A stretch of DNA of 64,000 nucleotides from Eledone cirrhosa (Eukaryota). The notes under the pieces were generated by a model that saw nothing but the letters and a program-made list of their open reading frames with translations, searched no databases and had not been told where the DNA came from. This document shows positions 47,497-61,476 of this stretch, piece after piece (position 1 is the first letter of the stretch; the number at the start of each line of letters is the position of its first letter). Made by a program: the position numbers and the translations under genes. Location of the stretch: the NCBI GenBank assembly GCA_964016885.1, contig OZ024740.1:134974001-135038000 (forward strand), read 5' to 3'.

Positions 47497-48345
47497 CACG
47501 GAGCAGACGATATTTGTTCGCAATTTTCGACTGCTAATTTTATGCAAATTTTTTTACTTCCATTGTCACTCTTGTCTTCATAAAAACAGTGACTATATTT
47601 CCATTATTTATTTTCAGAATAATTGATTATAAATAATTTTGAACCTCCAAATTTGTGGAAGAGACACGGAGTTCTTCTTGGAATCTGCACCGGGAAGACA
47701 AATAAGACCAGAAGATCAACTCCCAGAACAACAGGTGGCTTGCTGTCTCATCCAAAGACGTGCCCAGAGTCATGAAGACAAAGTTTCCAGCGACAAGATT
47801 GGTCTTAGGTGTCGTCAGCAGTCAAGGTGACGTCATGCCACCTCACTTCTTCCCTGAGGGCCTCAAGCTGAACACCAGCCTGGATCGACCAGGTAGCTGC
47901 AGGTAGGCCATACGTGTGGCAGCAAGAGTCATTGCCCTGCCATACCAGCAGAAAGACCCAAGCCTGGCTGTTAGAACTTTGACGACCACATTTCACCTGA
48001 CATTTGGCCTCCCAACTCATCTGACTGCAACCCCCTCGACTTCTTTGCGTGGGGCACAGTGGAACGAGACACCAACCGATCTAGCTGCAATACGAAAGAC
48101 GATCTGAAGGCCAGGATCACAAGTGCCTTTAGGAGCCTAAGTCGGGGGACAGTGACGAAGGCCTGTAGCCGGTTCCGAGGCCGCCTTGAGGCCGTCATCA
48201 AAGCCAATGGCGGGTTTATCAAGTGAGAGCGAAAGAACAAGTCATGAAGACAAACTGACCCAAGTTTGATAAATAAATCTGAAAAAATAAAACTGTTATT
48301 TTTTCCTAGACAATAATCTTGCGAACAAATATCGTCCGCATCCTT
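47497..48345 (+). mobile_element. DD37D (maT) transposon, internally deleted, both TIRs present
   Basis: TIRs at both ends with TA flanks; same family as 8356-9366; most of the N-terminal coding region is deleted. Confidence 0.88.
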
Positions 48346-48381
<36 letters not shown>

Positions 48382-48521
48382 TATATATTTTTAATAATAA
48401 TATAAGAAAAAATAGAGTTACTTGAAGAGAAATTACAATTGAGAAGATTGTGTTTATACAGAAATATAGTGAGGAAACTTCTAAAGAAAGGTTGCAATTT
48501 TAACACAGAAGTTTAATCTTT

Positions 48522-48554
<33 letters not shown>

Positions 48555-48732
48555 CATACATACATACATACATACACACACACATACAATCGTTCTTTTT
48601 ATGTCAAGTCTTCATGCTTGCATATATGTTTATAGAAATATAGAAAAGGCTTCTACAGGACTAGAACCGTTTCATTGTACTGTACTGATTGTGTTATTTC
48701 TGTTTACATTTTACACACGTATATATATATCA

Positions 48733-49068
48733 TTCATCATCATCATATTTTACGTCCGCTTTTCCCTGCTTGCAAGGGTGCGACGGGAACTGATTCTGGC
48801 TTGATTTCTACAGCTGGATGCCCTTCCTAACACCAACCTCATTTACAGTGAGTGCTGGGGGCTTTTTTGCCATGGCACCTCCACGACCATTTTGCAGTGG
48901 AATTTTAGGGACCTCAGTCCCTATCATCTCATTTCTACAGCTGAGTAAATTAGAGCAATGTGAAATAAAGTGTCTTGCTCAAGGAAACAACACATCACCC
49001 GGTCTGGGAATTGAACTCACAACCTTTCGATTACAAGGCCAATGCTCTAACCACTAAGCCATGTGCCC
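48733..49068 (-). mobile_element. Composite SINE: tRNA + CORE-like + Meta-like + type A RTE tail
   Basis: Reverse complement matches 29603-29995 but has one rather than two internal ~45-bp units. Confidence 0.85.
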
Positions 49069-49158
49069 CCCCCTCTCTCTATATATAAAGTATTTTCCAT
49101 GAAATGGTTTAGTTTGTCCTCAACATCATTTTCCCCCCATGTGTGTGCGTGTGCATAT

Positions 49159-49190
<32 letters not shown>

Positions 49191-49199
49191 TCAAATGTG

Positions 49200-49251
<52 letters not shown>

Positions 49252-50129
49252 TGCATGTATATATCTATGTAAACATATATACTTACTTACACACACATAT
49301 ATATATGGAAAAAAAATGATGCAGAGGACAAACTAAAGCATTTATCTTCCTCATCAGCCACCTCCTGGAAAATACTATACATATATATATACACATATAC
49401 ATATATACATACACACACACACACAGTCACCCATCCCTTACTCTCCCTTACAATTACCATGACATCATATCTTATTGCTATCTCTTTATGCTTCACTTGC
49501 TGTTAAAGATTCGTTGGAAGCAGACAAAATACTGGCGGTATAAAGTCTGATAAATGGATGTCATTCTTTGCTATTTTTAATGTATGTAAGAAAGAACACT
49601 CAATCATCGCTACCCAATGATTTGAGCCAGGACAGTGTGGTAGAATTGTCTCTAGTATGCAGAACCCCAGGTGCAATCTGCTATGGACAGACTGAGAATT
49701 CATTACCTACCAACAATAAACACATAGCTACTACTCTCTTCTCCATTAAACCCTTTTTTACCATATCAGCATTCTGTTTTTCTCATTACATTTATATTTC
49801 ATACATCATCTCTGTCCCCAGACTAGTCTCACATCAATTACCTTTTTGCTTTGGAAGAACAGAGACTTTGTTCTAGTGATGGTGTCATGATAAAATGCAC
49901 CCAGTACTGAATGTAAAGTGGTTGGCAATCAAACAATAACAACATAAGATAAAAATGACTCTTCAGTTACGTCAAGGACATGATAACCTCTTTAGTGATA
50001 GTACCATGATAAAATACCTTCAGTACTCTCTGTTAAGTGGTAGGTGGGTTAGCAGCAGGAAGGGAAAAGGCCATCCAGCAGTAGGATAGAGATGACTCTT
50101 CAGTTATATCAAGGACATGATAACTCCTC

Positions 50130-51100
50130 TAGCGGTGGTACTATTAGTATCAGTCAGGAGTTTTAGCTTTCTTTTGTTTCTGCTCCTGTATAGTCCTTTC
50201 TTATTCTCATTATGAAATAAAACAGGGAGCAACTTGGTGCTGATTCTTATTGGATTGATGCTCTTGATGATACACAAGACTTGGTTATACCACCAGCCAT
50301 AATATCCAAGTATGACTTGCCTGCTGCCAGAACATGCTCCAATGATCCATAACCTCTGCATTGTTAACAATCAGCAGTGTCACTCCAGCCCCTCTAATAT
50401 CAATTAAGGATGAAAGTACATTGTATGCTACTCTCAGTAGGAATTGCAACCAGGCTGGATTTATTTTCTACGATATGCTCCATGACAACTTTCTTTGTTC
50501 AACTATATGACATATATATTAGCTTCCTAGCTCTACTGCTTCAGTCACAATGCTCATCTTCAATATGATGAATTTCTTTAGTCACAGTATCTTGCATGCT
50601 TTTGTTACTCTCGTGAGTTATCGATTATTTTCATTTTTGCCCTTGTTCAGCATGTAGGTTCTGCACCATGCTGATCATCTCTTTCATTTTCAGGGTGGTC
50701 TCTAACATGCCAACAACTTTTCTCATGCACATTTCTCTCCTGTCAATACAAATGGATGGGCAGCTAGAGTTTTGCAGTAGCATTATACAGCCCAACACTT
50801 ATAAAGCATGGGGAACCACCAACACACTTGACAACATACTTTTCATTATCTCCATCCATGTAAATGGTAGCTCATACACTTGAAGTGGCCATAAGAGCTT
50901 CAGTAAAAAGTCATTTTGATAACACCACACCTGATATTTTCCTGTTAAATAGGTAGTTGTGAATGCCACTTAATTTCTGTCTTAACATGGCTTTAATCTC
51001 ATACTTCTTGGCATTGTTTAAATGATTGCAACTTTGGTTGTTATCTCACCCCCACATCATGATGATCACTCCATTCCAACAAAGTGATCACTCCTTACAT
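50130..51100 (-). mobile_element. Highly degraded LINE, probably RTE-like
   Basis: Only eroded endonuclease/RT-like peptide remnants (e.g. INPIRISTK). Confidence 0.3.
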
Positions 51101-51647
51101 TGTCCCCTCTCTTATCCTCAAACAGTATATTCGGAGCAAGCTCTTATCTTTGCTATATTAGATATTTTTCTTTCTACGGGGGTCCATATAGAAATACATT
51201 ACAGTGTCCTGTTCCTAAAAAATGCAACTATTCTGACCCTGTCAAAATCTGACCTATCACTGTCATTTTCACAACCACTAAAGTGATGAAGATGGTCATA
51301 GATCTATCAGAGACTGCTCTCATGTGTGATATACCAGAAGTATCTTTCCTTGAGAATATTTTGTCTGTGGCTAATATGAGAACCTCATAGTTAAGTTATC
51401 TACCTATGGACTTCATTAATCTCTTGGATTTTGAAGTTCTAACAGATCATTCCACGACAACAATCTTCTAAGCTTGGGATTACCTACAAAGGTTATGGGA
51501 TGCGTATTGTATCTCCTCTGACTGTATAATAAAAAATCCAAAGCTACTGCAATGTTAAGTGACTTAGGATTAAAGTAAATTGAAAGGAGAAATAAAAAAA
51601 ATGCAAAACCTATTTGAATGATATTCAAAGTATAAACATATCAAGTG

Positions 51648-52485
51648 TACAAGACCTGATGAAAAAGTATTTATTTTATCTTTTTCTGAGGGAAGTAATG
51701 ACATTAAGTATACAAAACTGAGCAAAGCAAAGTGAAGCCACACACATTCATGTGAATGCATGGATTTTGGCTAACGCGTTAGAGGTGTCAGTCGCTGTCA
51801 GACAGTCAGCACATGAGGTGCTGTACTACTTATACATCGCTTTTCCCCTGATACTGCCAAAAAGGATCTTGAGTTCTTGAATACCATAACTGGAGATATG
51901 ACATGGGTGTATGGATTCAACCTGGAAACCAAAGCTCAGCCATAACAGTGGAAGCATCCAACATTGCCAGATGTGGAGCAAAATCAAGGTGATGCTGACA
52001 GCTTTCTTTGATTACCATGGCGTTGTGCATTACAAATATGCACCAGAGACAAGCAATTACAAATGAATACAATCTGGAAGTCCTCTGATATATTTGTGAT
52101 ACAATTTGGCACAAGACAGGATCTGTGGGCCTCATAAAACTGACAGCTACACCACAACAATGCCTGACTCATTTGTTGCAGTTGATCCAAGGTTTCTTGG
52201 CAAAGAAAGACATTTTTACTCTTTTGCCAGGTTTTTTCAGACATCTGGACTTATGGTCGTTTCAAAAAATGAGAGACACTAGTGGACATCATGTAAACTG
52301 TGGCAGTGGAGCTGAGAGTCATTCCAGATGAAGCATTCCAGACATGCTTCAAACAGTAGATGAACCACTGGGCTGAGTTTGTGGAGGAATAAGGGGCTTA
52401 CTTTGACAGGGATTAGCAATTGAACCCCACCAAGAACATATTTTTTCCCAGCCTAAGGTCAGCTACTTTTTCAACAGACCTCTTA
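51648..52485 (+). mobile_element. Degraded mariner element
   Basis: ITGDMTWVYGFNLETK, SKIKVMLTAFFDYHGVVH and LHHNNA motifs; imperfect TIRs TACAAGACCTGATGAAAAAGTA / TACTTTTTCAACAGACCTCTTA. Confidence 0.75.
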
Positions 52486-52923
52486 CAGTGAACCATACTA
52501 ACTAGATCAAATACTGAGAAGGATAAATTAGTAACATTTGTGATAAAATATTTTAGTCCATTTCTAATTTTGGGAGTTTGCCATCCACCTAATGTATGAA
52601 AAATTTAGTCAACTATGTTACATATTCAGGTAAATTGAGACACTTTACACCTATTAATATCTTTTTTTTTTTTTTAAATCAATCCTAAGAGCATTCCTGT
52701 CTGATATTAAAATAAAAACACCTGCTTTAAAGTGTTCATATTTTAATATAAACCTCCTGTCATAATTTTAAGAAACATTTGATGCCAGAGATAAACTGCT
52801 ATTAATGCCAGACATATGGTGAATCCAAAGACCAAGTCTTTAATGATATGACAGTGTTAATATAAAAAAAAACCCTTAAATCAGTTTCCAAGTTCCTTTT
52901 CCTGAGGAACTGTAGAATACACT

Positions 52924-53165
52924 TAACCCATTTGATACCAACCCAGCCAAAACAATCTCTGGGTTCTATGAAACAAATCTACCTACTTTAAAAGGTTCAT
53001 ATTTAAAATATAATCTTCCAGCATAATTTTATAAAAGAACTATATGTTAAGTTACTATCTTAAGATATTTTAGTAATGAAATGATAATATTTGGAAACTC
53101 CTCGTAATTCTTCAGTAATTAATTGAAATAAGTATTTCATTAGGGTAGTGTCACAAAAGGGTTAA
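52924..53165. mobile_element. Older piggyBac-type MITE
   Basis: TTAACCCATTTG...CAAAAGGGTTAA; related relics at ~30413-30850 and ~34170-34643. Confidence 0.55.
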
Positions 53166-53199
53166 ATTAGAGAAAATTAACTTTAGACATTTTGAACAA

Positions 53200-56082
53200 A
53201 ATATAACGGACACGTCAGTAAACACTGACGGCTTCAATAGAGTCCATGGAGGCCACGGGGTTGGCACAAGAAATGAAGAAGGATTCAGACTTCTAGAATT
53301 CTGCGACGCCAATGACATGTCGATATGTAACACAAATTTTAAAAAACCCGACAACCACCTGATCACCTATAGATCAGGGGAGCATTCTAGTCAGATAGAT
53401 TTTATCCTCATCAGAGGACGTGACAGATGCCTACCCTAGGGAGGAATGTATCTCCCAACATAGCTTAGTTGTCAGAAACCTCACGGTCAGAACTAGATGA
53501 ACCTGGAAACAGGGGCCAACCTGGAGAAGAAAGATCTGGAAGCCGAAAGACCCTTCAGCTAGTAACAGATTTAAAGATATTTTACACAACGCCTACAACA
53601 GTAAAGAAGAACAGATAGAGACATTCAATGTAGAAGAGCACTGGGAGTTCCTAAAAAATAACTTACTATAGGCGACGGATGAGATCTGTGGCTGGAGTAA
53701 GACAACAAGCAGGAGGAGAGGGACTTGGTGGTGGAACAATAAGGTAGATGAGGCAGTTAAGGCCAAGAGACAGGCATGGAAAGAATGGAAGAACGGGGGG
53801 AGCAGGGTTCATTACATAGAGACCAAGAGGGAAGCTAGGCGACAAGTATACTTAGCTAGGAGGGAAGCAGAGGATAGAAAATTCAAGCATGTTTTGCAAC
53901 ACGAGGACCAGAAACAGGAGGTGTTCAAGATTACGAGGCAGTGTGTCAGAGAGAATTGTGATGTCATTGGAGAGAAGTGTATCTGGAATGATAAAGGTGA
54001 GCTTTCCCTCACAAGTGGTGAGAAGAAAGACGCATGGAAAAGCCATTATGATAGATTACTAAATAAGGAGAATGCATGGGAAGAAGAGACCCTACCCCAA
54101 GTAGACCCTATAGAGGGACCAGCAGTACAAGTCAGCAGCAGCGTAGTAAGTAAGGCAATCAAAGATATGAAGATGGGGAAGGTAACCAGTCCATCGGGTA
54201 TAGCTGCCGAGATGCTGAAGGCATCTGGGTCTGTAGGTCACACTATAACCACACGTATTGTTAACCAGGTAATACTAGAAGGTGTCATACCAACAGATTG
54301 GTGCAGTAGTATCATTGTCAACTGCTACAAAGGTAAAGGTGATACACTAGATAGAGGTATAAAGCTGATGGACAAGGTCATGAAAGTAACAGAAAGAGTT
54401 ATAGCACAATTGATTAGGGACTGGGTGAAACTAGATGAGATGTAATTTGGGTTTGTACCAGGAAGAGGCACCACAGATGCCCTCTCCCTTGTGAGGCAGT
54501 TACAGGAAAAGTACCTAGCTAAAAGTAAGCCACTCTACCTGGATTTCGTCAATCTCGAGAAAGCCTTTGACAGAGTTCCACGTGCTGTAATCTGGTGGGC
54601 TCTTAGAAAACTAGGAGTAGATGAATGGCTTGTGAAAGCTGTACAAGCCATGTATAGGGGAGCAGTCAGCAAAGTTAGGATTAGCAATGAGTGTAGCGAA
54701 GAATTTAGCGTACAGGTTGGTGTCCACCAGGGCTCTGTTCTTAGCCCTCTCCTGTTTATCATAGTCCTGCAGGCAATAACGGAGGAGTTTAAGACTGGAT
54801 GCCCATGGGAACTCCTGTATGCTGATGACCTTGCACTTATAACCGAATCTATGGTAGAACTAGAGAAGAAATTCCAAACTTGGAAGCAGGGACTAGAAAG
54901 AAAGGGTCTCAAAGTCAACATGACAAAGACTAAGCTCCTTGTAAGTAGACGAGAAAACAGAACCCAGATCCCCTCAGGGAAATGGCCTTGCTCAGTATGT
55001 AGGAAAGGTGTAGGTAGGAACTCCATTCTCTGCCCCAAATGCAAACAATGGGTACACAAGAGATGTAGCGGGATCTCAGGAAGCTTAATTAAGAATGTAG
55101 GCTTCACATGCAGCAGCTGTGCTGGGACAGCAAGCAGCAAACAGCCACAGGGAACAAGTCCCACCAATCTCTGGGAGGGCTCTGTAGAAACAGTAGACAG
55201 CTTCTGCTACCTAGGTGACCGAATTAGCAGCGGAGGTGGGTGTTCAGAAAGTACAATAACTAGGGTAAGAACAGGATGGAAGAAGTTCAGGGAACTACTG
55301 CCACTGCTAGCTGCAAAAGGCTTCTCCCTTAAAATGAAAGGCAGACTGTATGATGCGTGTATCCGAACAGCAATGTTACATGGTAGTGAGACCTGGGCGC
55401 TGAAGGTGGAAGACTTACGTAGATTAGAAAGAAACGAAGTCTGCATGCTCCGATGGATGTGTAATAGTAATATACGCGAACAACAAAGCACAAATAAATT
55501 GAGAGAGAGACTGAGCATAAGAGGAATCAAATGCTGTGTGCAGGAGAGGCGGTTGCATTGGTATGGACATGTGATGCATATGAAGGATGACAGCTGCATA
55601 AAAAGGTGCAGAGCACTAGAATTCAATGGAAACCGTGGAGTGGGGAGACCCAAGAAGACCTGGGATGAGGTGATAAAAGCCGACCTTACCCAATTACACC
55701 TCTCAAAGGCGATGACACACGACCGTGACCTCTGGTGTCACGCAGTAATACAGAGTACCCAGCCTCCCATGGGTACAAGCTGAAGCATATAGACAATATG
55801 CCCCCACACCCTCCCACTGCAAGGTGGTCGTGGAGGTGCCACGGCAAAAAAGCACCCAGCCCACACTGTAAAATGGACGTGTAGGCGCCACGGAAAAAGC
55901 ACCCAGCACTCACTGTAAATGAGGTTGGTGTTAGGAAGGGCATCCAGCTGTAGAAATCAAGCCAGAATCAGTTCCTGTATGAGCAAGGCATGGTCAGCCG
56001 ACCAGACACTGCCCACAACAGGACAACCCGTCTAACCCATGCTAGCTAGAAGAACGGACGTAAAACGGTGATGATGATGATC
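53200..56082 (+). mobile_element. 5'-truncated RTE LINE with stops, type B tail
   Basis: ORFs 53894-54445 and 54491-55783 (YADD, PHD-type finger); Meta-containing 3' UTR and (GAT)n tail. Confidence 0.92.
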
Positions 56083-56458
56083 ATGATTACTCCCCCTCCA
56101 TTAAAAAAAATATTTTGTTAATTTTATACAAAAATGGGGATTTCATATTGAACTAATCTATCTTGCTTTGTTATAACATCTAATGATAGAGGAAGTGCTT
56201 AGAACAGTTTAATGGTACTCAGACAGTGAAGGAGTGGTCACTTTTCATGAGCATGCCAGACTAATGAATCTTTCTTAGAAACTAAAGACTACCACTGTTC
56301 AAGTTCACTTGCAATGACAGACAAGTCACCACACCTACAACCTTTCATATGCTACTTTAACTCTTAATACCACACCTTTCAATGAAATCTGAATCAAAAT
56401 CTCATTATATGAATTATATAAAGAGATTTCAGTTGGTCAACACCAGCATAACACTAGT

Positions 56459-58436
56459 ATCATCATCATCATCATCATCAGGTTTAGCGTCCGTGTTCCA
56501 CGCTTGCATGGGTTTGGACGGGGGTTTTCCCACTTGAGGCAAGAGTGGTTGTCTTGCTCGCATAGGACTGTCTGGCGGGTTTTCTACAGTTGGATGCCCT
56601 TCCTAACACCAACCACATTTACAGTGTGGGGCTGGGAGGTTTTTACCGTGTTGCCTACACGGCCACATTTACAGCGTGGACTGTGTGTTTTTTGTCGTGA
56701 CACCTACACGATCTCATTTGTTTCGGCCTGGATGTTATGGGACCAACATAACTTTACATTGAAAGGGGCGGTGTGGGTGGGGTGGAGGGTGGTGGGACGG
56801 GGGTGTGTTTTGATAGAGATGCCTACTGACTGTAGTAGGTTTTTACTTTGTATTTAGGTAAGGCGGGTCTTCTCTATTACTGAGTACCGCCAAAGATCTC
56901 GGTCCAGTGACATTGTCTTGGAGAGGTGTAAGCGTGTGAGGTCGGAATTTATCAGCTCGTCCCATGTTTTTCTGGGTCTGCCTACTCCGTGGCTACCGTC
57001 TATCTTTATTGCCCTGCACTTTGTTATACAGCTGTCGTCTTTCATGCGCATCACGTGACCGTACCAACGTAGCCTTCTCTCGAGTAAACAACATCTGATC
57101 CCTCTTATTTCTAATTTTTTCCTTAGTTCGTTTATGCTTTGCCGTTCACGTATATTACTATTGCACATCCAGCGGAGCATGCAAGCTTCGTTCCTCTCTA
57201 GTCTGCGTATATCCTCTGCACACAATGCCCAGGTCTCACTGCCATGCAGCATTGCTGTTCGTATGCAGGCATCGTATAACCTGCCTTTCATTTTTAGGGA
57301 GAACCCTCTAGCGGCTAATAGTGGTATAAGCTCTCTGAACTTTTTCCATCCAGTTCTGACTCTAGCTACTGTACTTTCAGAGCACCCTCCCCCACTGCTG
57401 ATTTTGTCACCCAGATAACGGAAGCTGTTCACTATTTCTATAGAACCCTCTGCGCAGTTGAAGGAGCTAGTATTTTGTGGGCACTTGCTGCTACTTATTG
57501 CACCAGAGCACCGGCCACATGTAAAATCTATGTTCTTAGTTAGCTTACCTGTGATCCCACTACATCTTTTATGCACCCATACTTTGCATTTGGGACATAA
57601 AATGGAGTTTCTACCTACGCCTTTCCTACACACTGAGCATGGCCATTTCCCCGATGGGACCGCCGCCTTATTTTCTTTCCTACAAACTAGAACTTTAGTC
57701 TTAGCCAGGTTAATTTTAAGGCCTTTTGATTCTAGGCCGTGCTTCCACGTTTGGAATTTCTTCTCTAGTTCGGTCATTGATTCAGCTATGAGCGTTAGAT
57801 CATCTGCGTATAGGAGTTCCCATGGGCAGCCGGTCTTGAACTCCTCTGTTATAGCCTGAAGGGCAATAATAAATAGTAGGGGGCTAAGAACAGAGCCCTG
57901 ATGGACACCAACTTTTACGCTAAACTCTTCACTATATTCGTTGTTAATTCTAACCTTACTGACTGTTTCTTTATACATGGCTTGTATAGCTCTCACAAGC
58001 CATTCGTCAACACCTAGTTTTCTAAGAGACCACCAGATAATGGAACGGGGGACTCTGTCGAAGGCTTTCTCCAAGTCGACGAAAGCTAAGTATAGGGGTT
58101 TACTTTTAGCTAGGTACTTCTCCTGTAGTTGTCGTACAATGAAAAGAGCGTCTGTGGTACTTTTGCCTGACACAAACCCGAACTGCATTTCATCTAGATC
58201 AATTCTCTCTCTGATTAGTTGCGCTATTACTTTTTCCGTGACCTTCATGACCTGGTCGATTAATTTAATGCCTCTATAGTTACTCCTATCTAGGGCATCT
58301 CCTTTTCCCTTATAGCAGTTAACGATGATGCTGCTACGCCATTCCTTCGGAACAACCCCATTCTGTACGACTTGGTTAACTATCCGGGTGACCATGGTGT
58401 GTCCCACCGAACCAGATGCCTTCAGCATCTCAGCAA
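56459..58436 (-). mobile_element. 5'-truncated RTE LINE with an open RT region (524 aa)
   Basis: ORF 56854-58428 with YADD and PHD-type finger; 3' UTR resembles 15960-16390. Confidence 0.92.
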
Positions 58437-59276
58437 GTATATAAAGATAAAGATATTCTAACTACCTCCAAAATCTTTATTGTATTAAAAATTAATTGAA
58501 GCACATAGGCAGTCCATTCATTAAAAATATATTTACAAAAGGGTTAAGGAGCCTCAACATGGTTGTAAAACTTGTTAGAAATAGAAATCAAATATCCCTC
58601 ATATCACACTCTTAAAAAAAGGTGCATTGCATAATGTAGGCCTAAATAACCTATGCCCGAAAACAAAAAAAAAGAAGAAAAGATAGCCTCTGATCAAATG
58701 TTTGTTTGATCTGTGTTGACCAGAATGCAAAACAACAATAACACTAACTATAACTGATGATTTTTCCACTATTTATTTTACTGTTTAGTCAGAGAAGGAT
58801 GGGCAGTGTCCACAACTTTTCTCAGGGCCTTTGTAACTGTTGGGAGAGAGAGAAGGAAAGCACCCTTCTATGAAAAGGACCTTGCAAATTGATATAAGTA
58901 TATTTGCAATGGAGTAGATTTGGTAAAAAGCATCCATGGGAAATGTAGTGGCATTAAAACAGGAAAGATCAAGTATACCATTCAAGTCAACCACAGTACG
59001 ATTTGAAGACAAAATAAAGAATTATAAGATTTTTAAATATCCTTAAAGAATCTAACTTAGATAATACAAATGAGAAACTGATGTTCACTCCTTTTCCAAT
59101 ATCATCAGTGAAAAGAAAATGTAGCTTTCAAGGATGGGAGTCTCTAAATGGTTACTTTATCTGCTACAAACAGCAGCCAAATCTGCATATACAAATACAC
59201 TTGCATATATACCATCTTGTATTGCTTGATTGACTATAGATTATATATATATATAGATATATATATATATATATAT

Positions 59277-60265
59277 GTTCTACAACGCGAGGACCAAAAA
59301 CGTGAGGTGTTCAGGATTGCTAGGCAATGTGTCAAGGAAAACCGTGTCCTTAATGATGAAGGTGTACTTATCACTGACGCTGATAAGAAGGTAGCTTGGA
59401 AGTGTCACTACGAGAGGCTACTAAATGAGGAGAATAAATGGGAGAAAGACAGTCTCCCCCACATCGATCCAATAGAGGGACCAGCAGTGCTAGTTGAAGG
59501 TAGTATAATAAGTAAGGCAATCAAAGATATGAAGACGGGTAAGGCAGCTGGGCCTTCGGAAATAGTTGCTGAAATGCTGAAAGCATCTGGAACGGTGGGA
59601 CACACTATGGTCACCCGGAGAGTAAACCAAGTCATACAGAATGGGGCCGTTCCGAAGGGCTGGCGTAGCAGCATCATCATTAACTGCTACAAGGGTAAAG
59701 GAGATGCTCTTGATAGGGGTAACTATAGAGGCATTAAATTAACCGACCAGGCCATGAAGGTCACAGAAAAAGTAGTAGCACAACTAATCAGAGAACGAAT
59801 TGATCTAGATGAAATGCAGTTCGGGTTTGTGTCAGGTAAAAGTACCACAGACGCTCTTTTCATTGTACGACAACTACAGGAGAAGTACCTAGCTAAAAGT
59901 AAACCCCTATACTTAGCTTTTGTTGACTTGGAGAAAGCCTTTGACAGAGTCCCCCGCTCAATTATCTGGTGGGCGCTTAGAAAACTAGGTGTTGATGAAG
60001 GGCTTGTGAGAGCTATACAAGCCATGTATAAAGAAACAGTCAGCAAGGTTAGAATTAACAACGAATATAGTGAAGAGTTTAGCGTAAAAGTTGGTGTACA
60101 TCAGGGCTCCGTTCTTAGCCCCCTACTATTTATTATTGCCCTTCAGGCTATAACAGAGGAGTTCAAGACCGGCTGCCCATGGGAACTCCTATATGCAGAT
60201 GATCTAATGCTCATAGCTGAATCAATGGCTGAACTAGAGAACAAATTCCAAACATGGAAGCATGG
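59277..60265 (+). mobile_element. RTE internal fragment
   Basis: Starts in (TA)n; reads VLQREDQKR...YADD...QTWKHG, then ends abruptly. Confidence 0.9.
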
Positions 60266-60281
60266 AAGATTACTGTCATGG

Positions 60282-61476
60282 AAGATTACTGTCTAGGAAA
60301 AAATAACACAGTAGTTTTATTTTTTAAGATATATTTATCAAACTTGGGTCAGTTTGTCTTCATGACTTGTTCTTTCGATCTCACTCGATAAACCCGCCAT
60401 TGGCTTTGATGACAGCCTTGGAACCGGCTACAGGCCTTCGTCACTGTCCCCTGACAGTGATCCTGGCCTTCAGATCGTCTTTCGTATTGCAGCTAGATCT
60501 GTTGGTGTCTTGTTCCACTGCACCCCACACAAAGAAGTCGAGGGGGTTGCGGTCAGGCGAGCTCGGAGGCCAGATGTCAGGTGAAGTGTGGTCGACAAAG
60601 TTCTGACAGCCAGGCTTGGGTCTTTCGGCTGGTATGGCAGCGCGGTGAGTCTTGCTGCCACACGTACGGCCTGCCTGCAACTACCTGGTCGATCCAGGGC
60701 TTTACTACCTCGCTCAGAAAGCGGATGTAGCCATCGGTGTTCAGCTTGAGGCCCTCAGGGAAGAAGTGAGGTGGCATGATGTCACCTTGACTGCTGACGA
60801 CACCTAAGACCAATGTTGTCGCTGGAAACTTTGTCTGCATGACTCTGGGCACATCTTTGGATGAGACAGTGAGCCACCTGTTCTGGGAGTTGATCTTCTG
60901 GTCTTAGCATAAGTTTTTCTCGTCGGAGAAAAACCACAGCATGCCTGGCTCAAGCTTCTTTGCATGCTTCAGTCGCTTTTCTTGCATTGCCTTTGACATG
61001 AATTGTCCTTTCCTCATCTTGTATGAAACGTAGCGAATGTCTTCATGTACCACCAGCCTAATGAGCTTTTCATCCACGCCTTTCTCCCTTGCAATGGCAC
61101 GCATCGACTTTCTAAGTTCATTGTTGATGATATCCTGAACTTCAGCGACGAACTTGGGCGTTCTGAAGGCGTCAGATTGTCGATCATGTGTTTTCCTCTC
61201 TGATGTTGCTTCGTAGTCGAATCCTGAATCTTCCAATTCCTTTCTGACCTTTTCCACCATTCTCCTGCTGACGCTGAGAAAGTCTGAAATTTCCTTATTT
61301 GTCCTCTCGGCGCGGATTCCAAGGAGGTTCAAAATTATTCATAATCAATTATTCTGAAAATAAATATTGGAAATATAGTCACTGTTTTTATGAAGACAAG
61401 AGTGACAAAGGAAGTAAAAAAAAATTTGCATAAAATTAGCAGTTGAAAATTGCGAACAAGTATCGTCCACACCCTG
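60282..61476 (-). mobile_element. DD37D (maT) transposon, frameshifted, 3' TIR lost
   Basis: FSDEK, QQD and WPPSSPDRNPLD in three ORF pieces; 5' TIR ends at 61476 with TA. Confidence 0.88.

Noticed and set aside
59148-59276. N-terminal extension of the 382-aa ORF as a host-TE fusion
   Set aside because: Read-through of flanking repeat and (TA)n sequence into an RTE fragment.
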